Sequence record: NC_047713.1
DNA length: 64,000 bases
Reading direction: 5' to 3' (one strand)
Shown in pieces: positions 1 through 9,000 of the stretch. Position 1 is the stretch's first letter; every line of letters begins with the position of its first letter. Position numbers and translations under genes: made by a program. The notes beneath the pieces are model-generated. The model was not told the DNA's origin. It searched no databases and saw nothing but the letters and a program-made list of their open reading frames with translations.

Positions 1-2
1 AT

Positions 3-3000
3 GCAGAGGACGTGTTTGGTGCCATCTCAGAGATTGAGACATTTACTAGAGATAACAAATTATATTACAGAATCTACTTCTTTGTTAGTAATGATGAAAT
101 TGCTAATGAGAGAAAACTATTCACTATCCCTGGTAGATCAAGAACACAGAGAGGATGGAATCAGGGTGACACTACAATCACTGTAGATACTACTCTTGGG
201 TTTAGGGATAACAACGAGTTTATCACTGAAGATGGAACTAAGTTTACATACTTGGAGAGAACTGTTAACCAGTTTCTAGGTGTTGAATGTAGTGATACAG
301 AGAAAACACTAGGTGTTAATGAAGATATCATTGATGATATTACTATCTTTGGTATTAATGATGCTGGTGAGACTGTCTCATTACGTATGACTGGTGTTAT
401 CTCTGATATTGAGTTCCCCGATGAAGTCCCATTCACTACACCTGGGGAGAAGATATCTGTAGATACCTTAGGTGAGAATATCATCTCTGCTGATGTAACT
501 AGAAGTGAGCCTACACAGAGACAGATCATTGCTAATAGTTTCATCTATAACACTTCAGTAAGAATGGAAGTAGATGAACTCAATGGTTCTGATTTCCAAA
601 TCAATACTGCCTACTTAGATAAAGCTTTCATTTCTCCTGGTGACTCTGTTGATATTCTCCAAAGAGGCTCGCAGCTTGTCTATGTCGCTAATCGCAAAGT
701 AACCTCAGTTGACTATCTCAATAGTATTATAACAATCAATGACTCATTTGGCATCCCTTTAGATCAATCACTTGATATCAGAAGGAATCAGAACTATGCA
801 AAGAGTAGCACTACAGATATTGAGTATGGTCAGAACTCTGTTCTATCCAATGTTCTGAACCTTTATGATGCAACAGAGTTTGATGGTAACTTCTATGTTG
901 CAACTAACTCCCTACCTTCCTATGATATGGAAGTTAAAGTTGTTGAGAGTATCCTCACTGGAATCACTACTTCTAACTTTGAAGGATATAACTCATTCAC
1001 TGATCAGTACTCAACAATTATCTTTGATTCTGCCACTTCATTCATAACTGGTGATCTAATTTCATATAGAGTTATCTCAGTAGAAAGAACAGGTATTCCC
1101 CTTATCACTGAAGGTGAATACTTTGTAGAGGTTCTCAGCAACCCCAGAAAGATTAAACTATATGTATCACCTTCCTTCATTGGAAGTGATAACTTTGTTG
1201 GATTCGTATATAACGATGCAGTAGGTGCTCATGCATTCACTCTAGAGGAACAGAAAGATAGAAGAATCAATACTAAGAATGTATTCAAGAAGATTCCCTT
1301 TACAGCAACCAAACAGAATATCACTATCCCTAGAACACCCGATGTAACCCCCTCAGGTTCCCCTGTGGCAGTTCTTACTAATGGTGTAGAGGTATTGTCA
1401 TATAAGTCACCAGATAAGGTGTTCTTGGGTCCTTTAGAAGAAGTTGTTCCTGTTGCTTCTGGTGAGGGTTATAGTGTTATTGGACCACCCAATATCCTAA
1501 TCACACCACCTAATATTCAAGTTACAGATCCAACTGGTATTCCTACTGATGGTGGTGTTGCTAGAGTATCACCAGTTATCTCTGGTAGGTTGAAGAAGAT
1601 CTATATCGATCCACAAGACTTTGATATTGAGGAAGTATTCTCAATCACTGTTGTTGGTGGTAACAGTCGTGGTGCCACAGCAAAACCACAGATTTCTAAG
1701 AGAACTCGTTCTATCCCCTTTGATACGAGACTTGATATCTACGGTGGTGGTATTAATCCAAATGAAGAGACCATCCTATTCTTAACTGAACACAAACTCG
1801 CCAAGGGTGATGCAATTATCTACGAAAACAACGATACACAAAGTATTGGTGTTAATGTTGCTGGTGGTAGTAACATCTATAATGGCCAGACACTATCTAA
1901 CGGTGCTGTGTATTTTGCAGAACCCCTTAATAATGTAACCATTAAGATCTATGAGACTCTAGAAGATTTGAACTTGGGTATCAATACCGTTGGGTTCACT
2001 TCAAGTCAAACTGGGTTTGGTGTTCAGGACTTTACTACTATTCCTAGAAACCAACTCACTGGTGCTTTCATCACAGATGATGGTGGTGAGTTTGTATATC
2101 GTAAGATGGAGTTCCAACCAGAGAACATCTATCCTGAGTATGATGAGTTGAGATACGACGGTCATGGTTTCTCCAGTGGTGATTTGGTGGAGTATGGAAC
2201 CTTTGGTTCTGTTGTTGGTGGTTTATCCACTGAGAAGCAATACTATGTTGATGCTTTAGATGAAAACGTCATCAAACTATCTGATGCCGGTATTGGTGGA
2301 ACAAGTAGGTTTGACTATGATAGGAAGGACTATGTTGATTTCACCAACATTGGTGTTGGAACACAGTTTATCAAGTATCCTGATGTCACTGTCAATGTTG
2401 TAGTATCCTATGCCTCATCTATCACTGGTATTATTACAGCAACACCTATTATCCGCGGTGGTATTATTCAAACATATGTTGAGACTGGAGGATACTATGG
2501 TTCTGATATTCTCAACTTTGCCAAGACACCAGAAGTAACAGTTCAGACTGGTGAAGGTGCTAGAATCAAACCAGTTATTGTTAATGGTAAGGTTACCACA
2601 GTTCAGATTCTAAGTAAGGGTATCAACTACCCACCCACACCAGATATTCGTGTTATTGATAAGTCCCGTAAAGGTGCTGGTGCTCTTCTTCGCCCAGTAG
2701 TTATTGATGGTGTTATCCAGAGTGTTGTTGTTATTAGCACTGGTGAAAACTATGATCCATTGAATACTGATATTACAGTAATTGATACTGCTAGACGATG
2801 TATTCTTGTTCCTAGAATTACACCTCTCACAGTTAATACCTTTGCTAGATTTGGATTCGAAGGTCTATCTAATAATGACTACTCGGTTGTTGCCTATGAC
2901 AGAAAGATTCGTGAGGATGTATATGGTGACCTAGGTGCTTCCCACTCACCCATCATTGGTTGGGCAAACGATGGTAACCCCATCTATGGTGGTTTTGGTT

Positions 3001-6000
3001 TCGATGATCCAGAGAACTCCAGTTCTGGTTTCCGGGCGATGAGAACTTCCTATGAACTCTTCCCTGGTGAGATCTATGGTCGTCCCCCACTAACACTATA
3101 TCCTGCTGGTTCTTTTGTTGAGGACTACAAGTTTACAGATAATGGTGATCTAGACATCTATAATGGTAGGTATGGTAGAACTCCTGAGTACCCTAATGGT
3201 GTGTATGCATACTTCGCTGGTATCTCCACTGATACTCAGTCACTAGCAAGAGAACCACAATTCCCTTACTTCATTGGTCCTGAGTTTAGGGATGGATTGG
3301 GTATTCAAGATAATACTGTATCCCAAGATTTTGATATTAATAATAAGGATATTTTCCGTAATACTTTCCCATATGCCGTAGGTAACCCTATTATCGGCAG
3401 TGAGTTCCTAGATCAATCATACTTAGAGGATACTCAGGATTCTATTATACAATCTATCAATAATGGTACTGTTGATAACTTAACCATCGTTGGTGCTGGT
3501 GTTAGTTACTCTGTTGGTGATATTGTTAATTTTGATGATACTTTCGACTACATTAGTGTAGTTGTAGATCAGGTAGATGGTCCCGAGGTAACACAGATTC
3601 AAACTCTCATCAAGAGTTATGGTAAAGCAGAAACCAAAGTCATTAAAGTTGATAACACAACTGTTCGTGTTTATGTTGATCCCTTCCACGAGTATCTTGA
3701 TGGAGATAAAGTTGTAATTAGTGGTCTATCAACAAACACAGATCAACTCAACGGGACTCATGAGATTAACTTCATGAGGGAGCAAATGACAATGTTTGCT
3801 CCTATTCCTCCTACTTTGTTTGAGACAGTATCTGATATCTTTGTCAATACTATTTCAGATAAGGTTTCTGTTGGTTCTAGTATTACTGTTGGTCTTGGCA
3901 CTCTATCGGAGGATATGGAAGTTATCAACATCTTCCCTATTAATAAGGCACTTCGGGTTAAGAGACCAGTAGGTTATGGTTTCACACACCCAATTGGTGA
4001 TGCTGTTAACATTGCTCCTAATTACTTTGATATTAAGAAGAATGTAGATTCATTCCCGTCTGAGATTGATGTTGAGTACTACTTCAACCCACACCAAACA
4101 GTGGCAGTTGGATTGGAGACTGGTGCAAGTGTTGGTTTGGTGTATTCAATTGGTACTATCGATAAGAATATCTCAGTACAGACTCAAAGAATATATGCAC
4201 CATCCCATGGTTTCAGAACTGGTGAGGAGATTACTTTTGAGAAGAATGATACTGATACTGCATTAGTTGTAACAGACGGTAGTACTGTATATACACTACC
4301 TGGTGTAGGTAATACAAGTAACGCATATGTTGTATCACTATCCAAAAACTATATTGGTATTAGAACAGTAACAGATGGTCCTGATCTATTCTTCTCTACT
4401 GATGGTTCCGATTCTCCTCTATATTCTATTAAGACTAATCGTTTCGCTGAGACTGCATTAGTAGATAGAATTCAGGCAGAAGTTAAAACGAAAACGGATC
4501 ATAGGTTGGGGAATGACGATCAGATATTTACTGATGTTATTTCTTCTGGAAAATCAGGTGTAGGTACTAACCCCAACATCAAACTTGAGTTCGATGATTC
4601 ATCACAATCACTTATTGTAGATCCATACTTCACACAACCTAGTGATATTGATACGGTTAATAACCTAATTAATATCAATAACCACGGTTATACTAATGGG
4701 GATATTGTTCTATATCAAAACTATGGAAGTTCTATTGGTGGTTTAACAACTCATCACAAATATTACACTATTCCCTTTGATAGGGATAAGTTCTATGTTG
4801 CTGAAACATTTGTTGATGTAAGACCCGGAACTAAACTACCTGTGAATCTAACTTCTGTTGGTATTGGTTCCCATAAGTTCTCCAAGGTCAATCCACCACT
4901 ACTCATCACTAATAATAATGATATTGAGTTTGATGTGTCATCACCAACTCTATTTGGTAAAACACTAGAATTCTTCTTTGATCGGACTCTAACTGAAATA
5001 TTTGATAATAACAGTATAGACAATGTATTTGTTGTTTCTGGTGTATCTACTGAGGGATACGAGGATGCTAGGAAGTCTATTAGATACTCTGATAACAATC
5101 CAGATGTATTCTTCTATGGTATTACTGAAGGTGGTTATATTTCCACTGCAGATACTGAAGTATCTAGAAACAACTCTATTAGATATGAGGCAAGTGAGTA
5201 CGCAATTGAAGGTAGAGTAACCGTTATAGACGATAGCACCTTTACCTATACACTCAATACTATTCCCGAGAAGCCACTATACACTAATCCTGATACACAA
5301 CTCTCATACAAGACTTCCTCTAGTACTGCTCTAGGTGGTGTTGGTAGATTGAATATCATCTTCAGTGGTAATAACTTCCCAACTCTACCTGAGTTTGAGG
5401 GTATTCAAACTGAGTATGGGCAGAACGCAACTATCAGAGCAGAGTCTGATGATATTGGAACACTTGCTTCCTTCAGAATCCAGAACGCTGGTTGGGATTA
5501 CTCCGCTGATAATACACTTCGCCCCTTTGGTGTTATTCAACCAACCATTAGATTTGATAATAGTGACTTTGTTACTGAGGTTACTGTTCTTGATGGTGGT
5601 AATGGATATCAGAACCCCCCTAATGCTGTTCTAGTAGACTCTGTAACAAGAGAAGTAGTAGATAATGGATCTATCATCCTAGAGGTACAATCATCCACCA
5701 TCACAGATGTTATTGTTGAGGTTGCTCCTTCTGGTTTATCCAAGGATCTCCAAGAACTATGGACTGTCAATAATAGTAATGGTATTCCTATCCTACTAAT
5801 TGGTAACATTGATAATGTTGCTGGTGTAGTTACATATACAGTACAGACTCCTATTGAGGGTTATGCAACACCACCATTCTCAGTTGGTGATAGAGTATTT
5901 GTTGAGAATATTCTAGTAGATCAAGATGCTCCCCCCTCTAAACTCAATTCTGGTGATTATGGGTATCAGTTCTTGGAAGTTGTTGCCGTAACACCAACAA

Positions 6001-9000
6001 ACCCAATCACTATTGGTATTCAGTATCCTGAAGAAGCTATTGGTAACCTAGGTTATGGTGTTACTTTCCAACAGGCTTTCTCTGGTATTGTTAATGAGGA
6101 TATCTATCCTAAGTTTGCAGTACAACAGACAACTGCAGTCTTCCTAGAGGGTGAGAGACTTTCTATCTTTGATTCCTTTGGTAATCTTGATGAGACTGAC
6201 CTAGTTGTGGAAGAGTCCAACACTAGTTTCTTTAAAGTTACTGGAAACTATGATTTATTGGTTGGTGATGTACTCAAGGGTAACAATAGTGGTGTTATTT
6301 TAACTGTTACTGAAATTGACAGTAGTAGTTGTAGATATCTAGTTGATTCTATCTCCAGAATCAACACTGGTTGGAACGATAAGACAGGTTTCCTTAATGA
6401 GGAGACACAGAACCTACCAGATAACGATTACTATCAGAATCTATCTTACTCCATTAAGAGTACAATTAACTTCGAGGAACTTATCAACCCAGTCAATAGA
6501 TTGGTACATCCTTCTGGTCTAAAGAACTTCTCTGATACCAAGATTGAGTCCATTGGTGATATTGGTGTTGGTAGTAGTGAGAGCTCTGAGTCAACAGTTA
6601 CTATTGACTTTATTGGTCTAACTGATATAGCAGAAACTCCACTGAGAGTTGATCGCATCAATGTATTCGACTTGGGTTGGGATGCCAATGTCAATAACAA
6701 CAGATCTAACGCCATTAGACTTCAGAGTAGAACTCCTAACAAGAGACTAACTGACTATATCGAAGTTCGTACTAACAGAGTATTGATGCATGACGACATC
6801 AGTAACGAGTTTATTGACTCAGATAACGCCTCTTCCAAGTCCCCCTATAGTGAGTTCAATATTATCACTGGTGAGTACACCAGAGGATTGGTTCAGGCAA
6901 GAAATCCCTTCACCGATCAAGTTCAATTCACTGAGATTATTGTTTTATCAGTTGATAACAGTGCCTTCACTTTACAGAAGGCGAGTATCTCTGATAATGA
7001 TCTTGGTTATGGTATCTTTGAGGGTAGATCTTTAGCTAGTAGTGAATATCAAATGAGATTCACTCCCTTCAACACAGATGATTTTGATATTGACCTAAAA
7101 CTACTATCCCATAAGTTTATCTTTAGTGGTGAGTCAGCTGAAGAGATTGGATATGTAAACCTAGCCGGTAATACACTATCTACACCAGACGCTGCTAGTA
7201 CTCAAATATATGGAGCTAGTAATAGTAATAATAGAGCAGTTGTTGTTCACGCAAATATTACCACAATTGATGGTCTTCTTTATTACTATGAGATATATGC
7301 TTTTACTGATGGTACTGATGTATACTATGCACCTTATGGTTATAGTAGTGATGTACTAAAGGGTTTCAATAGTGAGTTGGATGGTGATTTTAACGCCACA
7401 CTACAAGGTGGTAAGTTGGCAATCTACTTCACTAATAATACTGGTGGTCCAGTTAGTATCACCACCAAGTCTATTGAGTTCAAGCAGTCTTTCAGTGGAA
7501 CATCACCTTATAGATTTAAGAAAAATAATGTTCCTGATACTGAAGAAAGAAGTATTATTCTAGACTCAGTATCCACTGCGGGTGTTAGTACACAAACCAC
7601 TGAGGTATTCAGATACGACACCACTCTATTCCAGAGTGTTAGATCTATCGTTCATATCTCTGGTACGGATGTTGGTGCCATTCATCAGGTAATGACTATC
7701 AATAGTGATGGTTCTACTTATTGTGAAGTGTATCCTTTCATTACTGAGGGTGATGAGGTAGATTCTACTTCTGGTATTGGTACCTTTGGTTCATCAATTG
7801 ATGGAACTGATATGGTTCTAACTTTCTATCCAGATGCAGCTATTGGAAGTCAGGCACTAACTCTCACCTCCTATAACGAAACATTCTATAGAGAATTGGA
7901 TGAAGTTAACTACACATTCGGTAGACCATTAGTTTATTCTGAGAGTGAGGAGAACTACTACCTAGAGAGGTATATTGCTCCTCTAGGTTTGAGAAACAAC
8001 CTACTTAGATTCCCTCTGACATACGAAGGTATTCCCATCTATGAGAAGGCATTTGATCCAGCAACTACAATTAGCATAAACAACGGTAATTTGACATTGT
8101 TCAACATTACTGAGCACTTCTTTAGTCCAGCTGAAGAACTATATTACCTACCAGATACAACTTTAGCTAACAACCTCAAATCTCCTATCGAGATTCAACC
8201 AGTTGTTGATTATAGAGGTATAACAACTTCTACAATGCCTGACAGAGTGTATGCCATCAAGAGGGATCTAAATGTATTCCAACTAGCACCAACTGCATCT
8301 GATGCACTTGCTGGTCAAGCAATTGTTATCACTGGGTTTGGTACTGGTATTTCCCATAGATTGGGTATGATGAAGAAGCTAGAGAAGACTATCATTACCA
8401 TTGATGGTGTTATCCAGTCTCCTATTACTAGCGCACTCAAAACATTCAATCTAGATGCACCACTAGGTTTTGATGACGAATATGCAGTTCTAACTGGTAT
8501 TGGTACTATTCGTGTTGGTGATCTATTTCTAATTGATGAGGAGTACTTAAAGATTGATAATGTTGGATTATCTACATCACAGACTGGTCCTATTAGTAAT
8601 ACTGGTACTATTCCTCTAATTGAAATTAGTAGAGGTGTTGTTGGTTCTTCCGCAACTAGTCATACTAGTGGTTCTGATCTCGATCTATACAGAGGTAGCT
8701 TCAATATTGTTGAGAGTGACGTTGTATTCACCGAAGCACCTGCTGGTAGGGGTGAGATTAATATCAATGAGTCCAACCTAGTACAGGTTAACTCATCATT
8801 CCAAGGTAGAACATTCCTACAGAGAGAGTATGATCAGATTGCACTATTTGATGATATCAGTGATTTGTTCAATGGTTCAGATTATGAGTTCAACATTACT
8901 TCCGCTGGTAGTACTATTGGTGAGATTGAGAATGGTTCTGGTGTTCTAACTATCAACGATATCTACCAAACTCCAACTACCGATAACAACGCAGGTAACA

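Noticed and set aside
1-186. 61-aa frame-1 ORF at the window start
   Set aside because: It overlaps the 3954-aa frame-3 structural gene, which is open from the window edge; it is a shadow ORF.
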